Assembly: GCA_964512045.1 (NCBI GenBank)
Contig: CAZEJK010000002.1
Location: 23,147 to 87,146, forward strand
Direction: 5' to 3'
From: an uncultured Thermoanaerobaculia bacterium
GTDB lineage: Bacteria > Acidobacteriota > Thermoanaerobaculia > Thermoanaerobaculales > Sulfomarinibacteraceae
Length of the DNA stretch: 64,000 nucleotides
Positions 1 through 9,640 of the stretch are shown piece after piece; position 1 is the first letter of the stretch; each line of letters begins with the position of its first letter. A program made the position numbers and the translations under genes. The notes beneath the pieces were generated by a model that saw only the letters and a list, made by a program, of their open reading frames with translations, was not told where the DNA came from and searched no databases.

Positions 1-699
1 GAGACCGCTGGCATCGATTCGGTGGAGTCCGTCCAGCGCGGCATACTCGACCTCCTCAGGGCGTGGGATCGCTCGCGCCGGCGGAAGGGGCCCGCGCCGG
101 ACGGGTGGCCGGAGAGCAACGACAACGCTGTCGCCTGCCGTGCTCTCGAGGCACTCGACGTCCGTCGTCGGACAGCCGCGGGTGCGCAGTGCGCGGGCAA
201 GAGGCTGCCGCAGTTCGGCGAGGCCTGGGGACAGGAGTCGGCAATGGGGGATGTCAACAACGCGGTGCGTACCGCGGGCGTAAAAGCCGAGAGATCCCTG
301 CTCGGCGTCCCAATGCAGCGTTGCACGCAAGCGGTAGGCGAGGGGTGAGGGCACGCTCGGGGCGGCCTGGAGACGCGTTGCGAGCCCGGGTACTGGGCGC
401 GCTGCCCCCGCTGCCACCTCGGCCTTCAGAGCAGCACCCTGAAGTGGCTCCACATGCGGCCAGTCGCACCCGCCGCACTCTTCGGCGTGGGGACACGGAT
501 CGTCGCAGCGAGCAGGGTGGGGCGCGTCGACGAGCGCGACAGCTCGAGCCTGCACTGTGCCGGCCCGCCGCCGCTCGACGGCGGCCAGCACCGTCTCTCC
601 CGGTAGCGCGCCACTGACGAACCACGCCACTCCTTCGACGTGGGCCAGGCCCCTGCCACCGCCGACAATGCGCTCGACGTGAACGCGTCGTGCGACCAT
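1..699 (-). CDS. RumA/RlmD-family 23S rRNA (uracil-5-)-methyltransferase, N-terminal part; the 3' end runs off the window
   Basis: Hand translation of the minus strand from ATG at 699 stays open to position 1. The frame is missing from the ORF track because it has no stop in the window. It reads MVARRVHVERIVGGGRGLAHVEGVAWFVSGALPGETV (TRAM-like), then CPHAEECGGCDW (C-x5-C-x2-C, like the RumA Fe-S motif) and YRLRATLHW. It starts 2 nt after the upstream gene's stop. Confidence 0.65.
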   Translation of the reverse strand, partial: MVARRVHVERIVGGGRGLAHVEGVAWFVSGALPGETVLAAVERRRAGTVQARAVALVDAPHPARCDDPCPHAEECGGCDWPHVEPLQGAALKAEVAAGAARPVPGLATRLQAAPSVPSPLAYRLRATLHWDAEQGSLGFYARGTHRVVDIPHCRLLSPGLAELRQPLARALRTRGCPTTDVECLESTAGDSVVVALRPPVRRGPLPPARAIPRPEEVEYAALDGLHRIDASGL

Positions 700-701
700 G
701 C

Positions 702-1382
702 TCACTCCAGCTCCAGTCGTGGGAGGCCGAGGAGCGACCGGACCGCCTGGTCAATCAATGCGCGGTAGGTTCTCTCGGCGACGACCTCGTCAAGGTGCAT
801 GCTGGCGACCTCAGCTTCCACCTGGGCGATGAGGCTGCGGCGCTCCGCGTCATCCAGGGCCTGCAGGCAGCTGCTCAGGAGCGCCGCTTCGAGAGTGAAC
901 AGTGCCTCGTCGACCTCGGCTGCCGGTGCGCGTGACTCTCCCAGCGCGGCGATCCGCTCGCGGATCAGACGGAGAGCCCCAGCGACCGCGGGCCTGCTTT
1001 CGTGCTGTGCTCTCTCGGCAGCGCTGAGCTCGTCGATCAGGGGGCTCAGGTCGACCGGCTCATGGCTGCTGACTCCTGGCGATCTCGTGCCCTCAGACTC
1101 GTTGCCGACTCGGGCCTGCCTGATGCGGAGCGCATGACTGGCCACTGCGTGCCGGCAGTACGACAGGCTGGTGACCGGTTCACATTCATGACCCATGCGC
1201 TCACGACGGCGGGTGAACACCTCGGTCAGACCAGCCGCCACTGCCTCGAAGGGAACGTTCTCGGACCACCAGCTGCGCATCAGCTGAAAGTCCTTGGGTG
1301 ACAGTATGTGGTGGACTCCACGGAGGGCGGCGAAAAGCTCTTCCACAGCGCGATAGAACGCGATCTCGGCGTCGTCGTGCAT
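702..1382 (-). CDS. hypothetical protein (226 aa from an internal ATG)
   Basis: ORF 702..1499. The ATG at 1382 (MHDDAEIAFYRAVEELF...) is preceded by GGAGA. Composition looks coding and there is no recognisable family motif. Confidence 0.5.
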   Translation of the reverse strand: MHDDAEIAFYRAVEELFAALRGVHHILSPKDFQLMRSWWSENVPFEAVAAGLTEVFTRRRERMGHECEPVTSLSYCRHAVASHALRIRQARVGNESEGTRSPGVSSHEPVDLSPLIDELSAAERAQHESRPAVAGALRLIRERIAALGESRAPAAEVDEALFTLEAALLSSCLQALDDAERRSLIAQVEAEVASMHLDEVVAERTYRALIDQAVRSLLGLPRLELE

Positions 1383-1411
1383 GTCTCCAGTGTATTCATG
1401 GCGCCGCCGGT

Positions 1412-1417
1412 TACAAT
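1412..1417 (+). promoter_or_regulatory. candidate -10 box TACAAT, 6 nt upstream of the ATG at 1424 (possible leaderless transcript)
   Basis: The sequence reads ggtTACAATgcccccATG with no Shine-Dalgarno. The same geometry recurs at several other genes in the window. Confidence 0.4.
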
Positions 1418-1423
1418 GCCCCC

Positions 1424-3850
1424 ATGGTCGATCGACCGGGGCCAGGTTGTAAACGGCGCGCCGGAGCCGTCCACTGTCTGCTGAGTGTTGCCGTCGCAAC
1501 CTGTGTTGCGGCCGGCGCTTCAGCGGGCCCGTGGAGCGCGTTGCCGGGCGCTGTGTCGCAGCTCAAGAGCAACCCGGCAGACCGGGAGGCGCTGGCGACA
1601 AGGCTGGCAGCCGAGCAGTCGCTGCTGGTGGAGGCCTCCGCTGGAAGGTTGGAGGCGACCGCAGCGATGATGTCTGCGTACGCAGAGATCGTGGCGCCCC
1701 TGGCAGGCTCGAAGAGCGAGCTGCAGCGGGTCCGGTCGCGGGTGGCGCGGGCTCTCATCCAGCACGGAGATCGGAGCTTCCCGAACCGACCGCGCCAGGC
1801 TGCGCGCGCGTGGGCCTTGGCGCTGACACTCGATCGTCAAAGCGGTGCGCTCGACCGTCTACGGTCGGTGTTGGTTCCTCCGGAGGGTTCGGAGCCCGGA
1901 CAGGTGTGGGAGTCGCCGCTTGATGGGAGCGCGATGGTGTGGTGTCCGCGACAGCGGTTTCGTATGGGGTGCACCCAGGGCGACGACCGCTGTGATGTGG
2001 ACGAGCAGCGGACCCTGAGCGTGGATGTCGGTGGCTTCTGGATCGAGGTGCTGGAGGTGACGGCAGGTCGGTACCAACGCTGTGTGGACGGCGAGGGGTG
2101 TGCGCCGCCGCCGGGCGCAGTGCATGCAGGGGACCCGACCTTGCCAGCGATCGACGTGAGCTGGTATGAGGCCGCTGAGTTCTGCTCGTGGATGGGTCGG
2201 CGTTTGCCCAGTGAAGCGGAGTGGGAGCGTGCAGCTCGAGGTGTCGAGTTCAACGCGCGCTTTCCGTGGGGAGACTCGTGGCTCCGCGGTAATGCCAACG
2301 CCCTGGGCGTGGCGGGTAACGACCGGTTTGGAGGGGTGGCACCATCGGGGGCGTTCCAATCGTTCGGGTTGGGTGTGCACGATATGGCGGGCAACGTCTG
2401 GGAGTGGTGCGACGATCGGTATCACCCGAGCCTGGCTATGGCGCCAGGAAGCGGTGCTGCGTGGGTCGATGGCGGGGTGGGGCGAGTGGTTCGCGGGGGC
2501 TCCTGGCGACGGACGCTGGGCAGCGCACGGGTCAGTGCTCGGACATGGCAGATGCCGTCTGCGCGGCACGATGACGTCGGCTTCCGCTGCGCCAGTGATC
2601 CTGCCGACAGGGTGGATGCGTCCATGATCGAGTCGATGGCGAAGAGGGCGTTTCCACTGACGCAGCAGGCTGGGCAGGAGCTCGAGAACGCGGACATTGA
2701 CCGGGCGGACCGGCTGTATCTGGAGCGAAGGGTACTGACGTGGTCGGTTCTGGAAGGTCGTGTGTGGGAAGCGCTGCCGCGAGCGATCTGGATTGTCCTG
2801 CGCGATCCATCGGATCCTTTGGCCTTGGATCTCATCGAGGGTCTCGAACGACGGCTCGCAGATGCGGCGACAAGTGCGGAGCCAGAGGAGTTCATCCCGG
2901 AGCTGGAGAGGTACAGGAGGAATGTTCTGTCTGCGGCCGCTGCCCGCAAGGAGGTCGAGGGTGTGCCGGGGCGGGTTGCCGCAGCACTCAAGAATGCGGC
3001 CAGCGCTCGACTCGCGCGGGGAGATCGCGAGGGCGCCACACGGTGTCTCAGTCTTTCGCTGGCCTACCAGCCGGACGACGAGGAGGCCGTAAGGCTCCGG
3101 CAGCAGCTCCTTCCCGAAGCAGGGCGGACACGGATATGGCCGCGGGACGGCAAGCTCATGGCGTACGTGCCAGAGGGGACCTTTCGCCGTGGCCGGTCGG
3201 TCGGCGATACGCTCGCCAGCAGCAACGAGGACCCGGTTACGACGGTGACGGTGGAGCCGTTCTGGATTGACCGAACCGAGGTGACCAACGCGGAGTACCG
3301 CGAGTGCGTCGAGGACGGAGCGTGCACGCCGCCTCGGCGTCTACAGCGGTACGAGCTCCCCGAGGCGGCCTCCGAGCCTGTGTTGTGGGTGTCGTGGTTC
3401 CAGGCAGCAGCATACGCACGCTGGGCCGGCAAGCGGCTGCCGAGCGAGGCAGAGTGGGAGTATGCAGCCCGTGCCGGGGCCTCGAGTCGCTACCCGTGGG
3501 GCGCCGTATGGGAGGATGGTCGGGCCAACCTCGCCGGCGTTCGAGGACGCGACGTGTGGCGTGGTCCTTCACCGGTAGGGAGCTTTGCGCCGAACCGATG
3601 GGGTCTGTTCGACATGTTGGGCAACGCATGGGAGTGGGTGGCCGACGCGTATCACGACAGCTATCATGGTGCTCCCGTCAGTAGCGAGGCGTGGACGCAG
3701 GTGACCGGTGACGACGGTGAGCCCGAGCGGGTGCTGCGGGGTGGTTCCTTCCAGGAGTTCGCGCCGCGGGCACGGGTTTCGACGCGCTCCAACCGGGATC
3801 CTGGTATCGCCGATCGGGCCTTCGGTTTCCGCTGCGTTGCCGACCCATAG
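1424..3850 (+). CDS. secreted protein with two formylglycine-generating-enzyme (SUMF1/FGE-sulfatase) domains separated by a helical region
   Basis: ORF 1298..3850, starting at the ATG at 1424 followed by a hydrophobic signal-like segment (AVHCLLSVAVATCVAAGASA). Two copies of FGE-family motifs are present: RLPSEAEWERAARG / GNVWEWCDDRY / RGGSW / GFRCA, and RLPSEAEWEYAARAG / GNAWEWVADAY / RGGSF / GFRCV. Confidence 0.85.
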   Translation: MVDRPGPGCKRRAGAVHCLLSVAVATCVAAGASAGPWSALPGAVSQLKSNPADREALATRLAAEQSLLVEASAGRLEATAAMMSAYAEIVAPLAGSKSELQRVRSRVARALIQHGDRSFPNRPRQAARAWALALTLDRQSGALDRLRSVLVPPEGSEPGQVWESPLDGSAMVWCPRQRFRMGCTQGDDRCDVDEQRTLSVDVGGFWIEVLEVTAGRYQRCVDGEGCAPPPGAVHAGDPTLPAIDVSWYEAAEFCSWMGRRLPSEAEWERAARGVEFNARFPWGDSWLRGNANALGVAGNDRFGGVAPSGAFQSFGLGVHDMAGNVWEWCDDRYHPSLAMAPGSGAAWVDGGVGRVVRGGSWRRTLGSARVSARTWQMPSARHDDVGFRCASDPADRVDASMIESMAKRAFPLTQQAGQELENADIDRADRLYLERRVLTWSVLEGRVWEALPRAIWIVLRDPSDPLALDLIEGLERRLADAATSAEPEEFIPELERYRRNVLSAAAARKEVEGVPGRVAAALKNAASARLARGDREGATRCLSLSLAYQPDDEEAVRLRQQLLPEAGRTRIWPRDGKLMAYVPEGTFRRGRSVGDTLASSNEDPVTTVTVEPFWIDRTEVTNAEYRECVEDGACTPPRRLQRYELPEAASEPVLWVSWFQAAAYARWAGKRLPSEAEWEYAARAGASSRYPWGAVWEDGRANLAGVRGRDVWRGPSPVGSFAPNRWGLFDMLGNAWEWVADAYHDSYHGAPVSSEAWTQVTGDDGEPERVLRGGSFQEFAPRARVSTRSNRDPGIADRAFGFRCVADP

Positions 3851-3939
3851 CGCCCAACGCGGCCGCTGTCCGCAGAGAGATCCGCGAACGTCTCACCGGT
3901 AGCTTTCCAGCATCGTTCTGGCGACAGCAGGGGGTCGGA

Positions 3940-5301
3940 TCAGACGCCGAGGACGATCCGGAACGGGTCCGAAAGGCCGTTGGCCAGCCAACGAACGAAC
4001 CGTGCGGCCTCGGCGCCGTCGATCAGGCGATGGTCGTACGACAGCGACAGGGGCAGGATCGTGCGCGGTTGCCAGCCACCATCGATCCATACCGGTCGGA
4101 TCTCGGATCTGGAGACGCCCAAGATGGCCACTTCGGGCCAGTTGACGATCGGCGTGAAGTGACTGCCTCCGATTCCACCGAGGTTCGAGATCGTAAAGGT
4201 GGCTCCCTGCATCTCGTCCGGAGTGATGGCGCCTTCGCGGGCTCGGTCTGCCAGGGCAGCGAGGTCTGCGGCGATCTCGGCGACGGTCTTGCGGTCGGCA
4301 TCGCGGACGACTGGCACGAGCAGCCCTCGCTCCGTGTCCACTGCAACACCGATGTGGACCGAACGTTTGAGGATCACCTCGTCCGTGGAGAGGTCGAGGC
4401 TGGCGTTGAGCTTCGGGAACGACCGCAGCGACTGCGCAACCGCCTTGACCAGGATCGCCGTGACGGTGAGCTTGCCTCCGCGCTCTGCGACGGCCTCTGC
4501 GAAGCGCTCTCGCGCGGCCTCGAGCTCGGTGATGTCCGCCGAGTCGTGCTGGGTGACGTGCGGCACCTGTGACCAGGCTCGCGCCATGGACGCGACGGTG
4601 ACTCTCCGAATCTTCGACAGCGGCTGGCGCTCGACGTCGCCCCATCTGGTGAAGTCCGGGAGCTGCGGCGCCGCTGCGGCCGAGCGGGAGCTGGTGGGAA
4701 TGGTGTCGGCGCCGAGACGGTCCCGTGCGAACGCCTTGACATCGCTTTCGAGGATCCTGCCCCGATCTCCCGTACCTTCCACCTGTCGGATCGGGACTCC
4801 GAGCTCTCGAGCGAACCGACGGACCGTCGGGGACGCCGGAACCGGGTCGACGGCTTCGGTCGCCGGTGCCTGGGGAGCCTTCGTCTGATCCGGAGAGGTG
4901 GTCTCGGCACGCTCGGCCACTGATGGGGCCACCGGTGCCGGCTGGTCACTCTCGGCTTGCCGAGTCTCCTCAGGCCATGGCTCTCCGTCGTGAGACGATG
5001 GCGCTGTTTCACTGGTCGCATCGTCGGGAGCCGCCGGAGGCTCTTTGCCGGACGCGTCCTCCCCAGCGACATCGACGGCGAGGATATCCTGGCCCACGTT
5101 GACGGAGTCTCCAACCTCAACCAGGATCTCTGCAACGGTACCCGCGAGGCTGGACGGAACCTCGAGGGTCGCCTTTTCGGTCTCCACCTCGATGACAGGC
5201 TGGTCGGTCTCGATCGTCTGCCCGGGCTCGACCAGGACGGAGACGACGTCGGCACTGTCGATTCCTTCGCCCAGGTTCGGTAGCTGTACCTTCTCGATCA
5301 T
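3940..5301 (-). CDS. aceF: dihydrolipoamide acetyltransferase, E2 component of pyruvate dehydrogenase
   Basis: ORF 3940..5574 with the real start at ATG 5301 (MIEKVQLPNLGEGIDSADV). It has one lipoyl domain (VETEKATLEVPS), an Ala/Pro linker, an E3-binding segment (ASPTVRRFARELGV) and a catalytic domain with SYDHRLIDGAEAARF. Confidence 0.93.
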   Translation of the reverse strand: MIEKVQLPNLGEGIDSADVVSVLVEPGQTIETDQPVIEVETEKATLEVPSSLAGTVAEILVEVGDSVNVGQDILAVDVAGEDASGKEPPAAPDDATSETAPSSHDGEPWPEETRQAESDQPAPVAPSVAERAETTSPDQTKAPQAPATEAVDPVPASPTVRRFARELGVPIRQVEGTGDRGRILESDVKAFARDRLGADTIPTSSRSAAAAPQLPDFTRWGDVERQPLSKIRRVTVASMARAWSQVPHVTQHDSADITELEAARERFAEAVAERGGKLTVTAILVKAVAQSLRSFPKLNASLDLSTDEVILKRSVHIGVAVDTERGLLVPVVRDADRKTVAEIAADLAALADRAREGAITPDEMQGATFTISNLGGIGGSHFTPIVNWPEVAILGVSRSEIRPVWIDGGWQPRTILPLSLSYDHRLIDGAEAARFVRWLANGLSDPFRIVLGV

Positions 5302-5326
5302 GCTGCGCTCCTTGTCCTGCTCCGGG

Positions 5327-8059
5327 TCATCGGTACATCGGGTGCTCGGAGTCGACCTCGACATCGAGATCGGTGATCGCCCGGTGCACCTCTTCCATCT
5401 CCACGACTCCCTCGCGTGCGAGCTCTCCGAGCACGGCGATGCAGATGTGGCGCCAGTCCACCTCGAAGAAGTCGCGCAGTGGAGCGCGGGCGTCGGATCG
5501 TCCAAAACCGTCGGTTCCGAGGGTGACAGGGCGCTTCGGGAACCATCGGCAGACCGTGGATGCCATCGCAGCAACGTAATCCGAGGCGATCACGTAGACG
5601 CCCTCGGTGCTCTCCAGCACCGTCTCGATGTACGTCTGGCGGCGATCCTGGGCAGGATGGAGGCGGTTCCACCGCTCCACCTCCAGCCCGTCTTTGTACA
5701 GCTCCTTGAAGCTCGTGACGCTGTAGGTGTCGGCGGATACGTCGTATCGATCCCCCAGAATCTCGGCCGCCTTGAGAACCTCGTTGAGAATCGCCCCCGA
5801 GCCGAACAGGTGCGCCCGTCTGGCGCCTCGATCGGTGTCGGTCGTTCGCAGCCGGTACATTCCGCGGAGGATTCCGTCGCGCGCGCCGTCGGGCATCGGG
5901 GGCATCTCATACGGCTCGTTCTCGACCGTGATGTAGTAGAGGACGTCCTCCTGGTTCTCGTACATGCGCCGGATACCCTCGCGCACGATGACTGCGATCT
6001 CGTAGGCGTAGGCGGGGTCGTAGGCGAGCAGGTTCGGTACAGGGTAGGCGAGCAGATGGCTCTGGCCGTCCTGATGCTGGAGACCCTCGCCGGCGAGCGT
6101 CGTCCTGCCTGCTGTTCCGCCGACCAGGAAGCCGCGCGTGCGCATATCGGCAGCCGCCCAGATGAGGTCACCGATTCTCTGGAAGCCGAACATCGAGTAG
6201 AAGATGAAGAACGGGATGGTGTTGATGCCGTGATTGGCGTGTGCCGTCCCTGCAGCGATGAACGAGCTCATGGATCCGGCCTCGGTGATCCCTTCCTCGA
6301 GAATCTGGCCGTTCTTGGCCTCTTTATAAAACAGCAGCGTATCGGCATCGACGGGCTCGTACAGCTGTCCGGCGTGGGAGTAGATTCCCACCTTGCGGAA
6401 GAGGGCCTCCATCCCGAACGTGCGTGCCTCATCGGGAATGATCGGAACGACCAGCTGGCCGATCGAAGGGTCATCCAGGAGCTTGGTCAGGATCCGCACG
6501 AGCGCCATGGTTGTCGATACCTCGCGACCTCCCGATCCCTTCCAGAACTCGTCGAACGCAGAGTCGTCCGGAGGGTCGATCGGTGCACAGCGCACGCCTC
6601 GCTGCGGTATCGGTCCGCCGAGAGCCGCGCGGCGCTCCGTGATGTAGCGGATCTCGGGGCTGTCCTGAGGTGGTCTATAAAACGGTGCGGCCGCCACGTC
6701 TGCGTCCGAGATCGGGATGCCGAAGCGCGTCCGGAACTGGATCAGCTCCTGCTCGTTCAGCTTCTTCTGCTGGTGGGTGACGTTCTTGCCCTCGCCAGCT
6801 TCGCCCATGCCGTAGCCTTTGACGGTGCGGGCCAAGATGACCGTCGGCGAGCCGGTGTGCTCCATTGCGGCCTTGTATGCAGCGTACACCTTCTCCGGGT
6901 CGTGCCCCCCCAACCGGAGCTGCTTGAGCTCTTCGTCGGACATGTGGCTCACCAGCTCCAGCAGCTCAGGGTACGCGCCGAAGAAGTGCTCACGGATGTA
7001 GGCGCCGTCACGCGTCGCGTATCTCTGGCTCTCGCCGTCGACGACCTCGCCCATTCGCTTGACGAGCAGGCCGGTGGTATCTCGGGCGAGAAGGTCGTCC
7101 CAGTCCGAGCCCCAGATCACCTTGATGACGTTCCAGCCGGCGCCACGGAACGCGGCTTCGAGCTCCTGGATGATCTTGCCGTTTCCTCGGACAGGTCCGT
7201 CAAGACGTTGCAGGTTGCAGTTGATGACGAACACCAGGTTGTTCAGCTTCTCCCGCGCCGCGAGCGTGATGGCGCCGAGCGTCTCGGGCTCGTCGGTTTC
7301 ACCGTCGCCGAGAAACGCCCAGACCTTGTGGTTCGAGGTCGGATGGAGGCCTCGGTCCTCGAGGTAGTGGTTGAAACGAGCCTGGTAGATCGCCATGATC
7401 GGGCTGAGACCCATGGACACGGTGGGGAACTCCCAGAAGTCCGGCATCAACCACGGATGGGGGTATGACGACAGGCCTCCGCCCGGGTTCAGCTCGCGAC
7501 GGAAGCTCTTCAGGTCATGCTCGCCCAGACGGCCCTCGAGGAAGGCACGGGCGTAGATTCCTGGCGCCGAGTGTCCCTGGAAGTACACCTGGTCTCCGTC
7601 CCAGTCTTCGCCTTTGCCGTGGAGAAAGTGGTGGAACGCGACCTCGTACAGCGTGGCGGCTGAGGCGTAGGTCGAGATGTGGCCGCCGATCCCTTCGCAC
7701 TCGCGGTTGGCACGGACGACCATTGCCATCGCGTTCCAACGGATGATGCTCTTGATCCTCCGCTCAATCTCGCGACTGCCCGGGTAGGGCGGTTGCTTTG
7801 AGGCGGGAATGGTGTTGATGTGGGGCGTGTCAGCGGCAAATGGGATGTCGACGCCGCGCTTTCGTGCATATACCTGAAGTGCCTCGAGCAGCTCTGCTGC
7901 GCGTTGTCCGCCGCGATCTGACACCACCCATTCGAGCGATTCGAGCCACTCGCGTGTTTCCGTTGCGGTCAACGTGTCGGTGGCCTGCTCCTGCGATCGG
8001 GACCGATTCGGGGTGTCTGATTCGTTGAGGTGCTGTCCGTTATCGTTGGCGTTGGCCAT
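5327..8059 (-). CDS. aceE: pyruvate dehydrogenase E1 component, homodimeric type
   Basis: The 910-aa ORF shows AceE-type sequence throughout (IRWNAMAMVVRAN, GGHISTYAS, LGDGETDEPE, GRTTLAGEGLQHQDG). It lies directly upstream of aceF on the same strand. Confidence 0.95.
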   Translation of the reverse strand: MANANDNGQHLNESDTPNRSRSQEQATDTLTATETREWLESLEWVVSDRGGQRAAELLEALQVYARKRGVDIPFAADTPHINTIPASKQPPYPGSREIERRIKSIIRWNAMAMVVRANRECEGIGGHISTYASAATLYEVAFHHFLHGKGEDWDGDQVYFQGHSAPGIYARAFLEGRLGEHDLKSFRRELNPGGGLSSYPHPWLMPDFWEFPTVSMGLSPIMAIYQARFNHYLEDRGLHPTSNHKVWAFLGDGETDEPETLGAITLAAREKLNNLVFVINCNLQRLDGPVRGNGKIIQELEAAFRGAGWNVIKVIWGSDWDDLLARDTTGLLVKRMGEVVDGESQRYATRDGAYIREHFFGAYPELLELVSHMSDEELKQLRLGGHDPEKVYAAYKAAMEHTGSPTVILARTVKGYGMGEAGEGKNVTHQQKKLNEQELIQFRTRFGIPISDADVAAAPFYRPPQDSPEIRYITERRAALGGPIPQRGVRCAPIDPPDDSAFDEFWKGSGGREVSTTMALVRILTKLLDDPSIGQLVVPIIPDEARTFGMEALFRKVGIYSHAGQLYEPVDADTLLFYKEAKNGQILEEGITEAGSMSSFIAAGTAHANHGINTIPFFIFYSMFGFQRIGDLIWAAADMRTRGFLVGGTAGRTTLAGEGLQHQDGQSHLLAYPVPNLLAYDPAYAYEIAVIVREGIRRMYENQEDVLYYITVENEPYEMPPMPDGARDGILRGMYRLRTTDTDRGARRAHLFGSGAILNEVLKAAEILGDRYDVSADTYSVTSFKELYKDGLEVERWNRLHPAQDRRQTYIETVLESTEGVYVIASDYVAAMASTVCRWFPKRPVTLGTDGFGRSDARAPLRDFFEVDWRHICIAVLGELAREGVVEMEEVHRAITDLDVEVDSEHPMYR

Positions 8060-8433
8060 GAGCTCTCTCTTTCCCAGGTCTCACGAGGTCGAGGTTCGTA
8101 CGGTTCATCACAACGCCCAACAGACAAGTGGTGTGTCGAATTCTCGGGGAGGTCGTCGTCTTCCCGAGCGTGAGCTCGCTCGATGACGCCAGAGAACGGC
8201 CGCAAGGTCGCTTGGGGTGTCGGAAAAGAGGGGGATCTGCCATTGCCCGATCGGTGCTACGGCACGATCTGCCCCCTGGATCCTCGTGGGCGCTCAGGAG
8301 CCCCGTGCCGCGGTGAGACGTGATGCAACAAGTGGCGTTCAAAGAGTTCACAGTGCGTTGCCGCATTGTGCCGTATGGGTGCGGCATAATGTACAGTGAA
8401 ATTGAGACAAGGTATTTATTTGAATCACTCCTC

Positions 8434-8463
8434 TTGACATAGCTGCGCCGGGGAAAGTACTGT
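8434..8463 (+). promoter_or_regulatory. candidate sigma70-type promoter for the hydrogenase operon
   Basis: TTGACA (8434-8439), an 18-nt spacer, then TACTGT (8458-8463), inside the only clearly AT-richer stretch of the 456-bp aceE/hybO divergent intergenic region. A GAGGAGG RBS sits at about 8504-8510 before the ATG at 8516. Confidence 0.3.
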
Positions 8464-8515
8464 TGTTCAAGCTAATGATCGGTGCTCCGAAAACCTAAAA
8501 CCCGAGGAGGGCCCC

Positions 8516-9640
8516 ATGGCGAACCCCCCGAATGTCAGAGAGCAGGTCTGGGACCTGGACGGTGACGGCGTGGACCGACGGGATTTCCTGAAGGTCTGCA
8601 TGATGGCTGCGGCTGCGGTTGGGCTTCCAGCGAGCGTTGGAGTTCAGTTCGCACACGCGGCGGAACGCGGATTGAAGCCGTCGGTCATCTGGCTGCACTT
8701 CCAGGAGTGCACCGGTTGCACCGAGTCGCTACTCAGAACCTCGCACCCCGATCTCGCATCGCTCATTTTGGATCTGATCTCCGTGGACTACCACGAGACG
8801 CTGTTTGCGGCGGCTGGCCACCAGATCGAGGAGGCGTTGCACACGGCGATGGAGGAGAACGCAGGAAAGTATGTGTGCGTCGTCGAAGGGGCCATTCCGA
8901 CCAAGGATGGCGGGATCTACTGCAAGATCGGTGGCCGAACGGCGATGGACATGCTCCAGGACGTGGCCGGTACGGCCGGTGCGGTGATCGCAATCGGATC
9001 GTGTGCGTCCTGGGGGGGCATCCCATCTGCCGATCCGAACCCCACTGGAGCCACCGGTGCGCCGCAAATCCTGGAGGGGACGACGGTCGTGACGATCCCC
9101 GGCTGTCCGGCGAACCCGTATAACTTTCTCGGGACGGTCCTGCAGTACGCGACGTTCGGTACGTTGCCGGAGCTCGACGAAAAAGGTCGACCGAGCTTCG
9201 CATACGGCCGCACGATCCACGAGCACTGCCCGCGGCGAGCCCATTTTGACAACGGGCGCTTCGCTCGACAGTTCGGGGACGAAGGCCACAGGTTGGGCTA
9301 CTGTCTCTACGCTCTCGGGTGCAAGGGGCCGGAGACCCACGCCAACTGCTCGACGCAGCACTTCGGCGAGGTGGTGGGTGCATGGCCCATCGGCCTTGGC
9401 CATCCGTGCTTCGGTTGCACCGAGCAGGGGGTGGCGTTTCACAAGCCGCTCCATCAAGAGGCCCGGCTTCCGGAAGGCGAGTATCCACCGATCCATCCGG
9501 AGCACCGGACGAGCGCTGGCGCCGCCTGGACGGGTGTGGCCGGTCTGGTAGCAGGGGCCGCTGTGGGCGCCGGCGTGATGGCCTCCAAGCGGTTTGCCGC
9601 CTCCGGTGATGGCGATGGAGGGGAGGAGGACACCGCATGA
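8516..9640 (+). CDS. hybO: [NiFe] hydrogenase small subunit, Tat-exported
   Basis: Twin-arginine signal (VDRRDFLKVCMMAAAA), WLHFQECTGCTESLL, further Fe-S Cys clusters, and a C-terminal hydrophobic anchor (AWTGVAGLVAGAAVGAGV). Confidence 0.93.
   Translation: MANPPNVREQVWDLDGDGVDRRDFLKVCMMAAAAVGLPASVGVQFAHAAERGLKPSVIWLHFQECTGCTESLLRTSHPDLASLILDLISVDYHETLFAAAGHQIEEALHTAMEENAGKYVCVVEGAIPTKDGGIYCKIGGRTAMDMLQDVAGTAGAVIAIGSCASWGGIPSADPNPTGATGAPQILEGTTVVTIPGCPANPYNFLGTVLQYATFGTLPELDEKGRPSFAYGRTIHEHCPRRAHFDNGRFARQFGDEGHRLGYCLYALGCKGPETHANCSTQHFGEVVGAWPIGLGHPCFGCTEQGVAFHKPLHQEARLPEGEYPPIHPEHRTSAGAAWTGVAGLVAGAAVGAGVMASKRFAASGDGDGGEEDTA

Noticed and set aside
63-754. Listed ORFs 63..617(+), 254..754(-) and 426..668(-) at the left edge
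   Set aside because: They are extremely Arg/Ala/Pro-rich and look like nonsense. A third minus-strand frame starts at 699, is open to the window edge and encodes a clear RumA-like sequence, so that frame is taken as the real gene.
5045-7468. 807-aa ORF on the plus strand across aceE, with similar long antisense ORFs at 11567..13138, 14266..15354, 33373..34581, 45035..46417 and 60050..61153
   Set aside because: Each lies antisense to a gene with unmistakable family motifs (AceE, hydrogenase large subunit, SDR, TssM, PFK, GGDEF-EAL). Their translations are Arg/His/Leu/Val-biased with no motifs. This is the usual stop-codon-poor antisense frame of GC-rich DNA.
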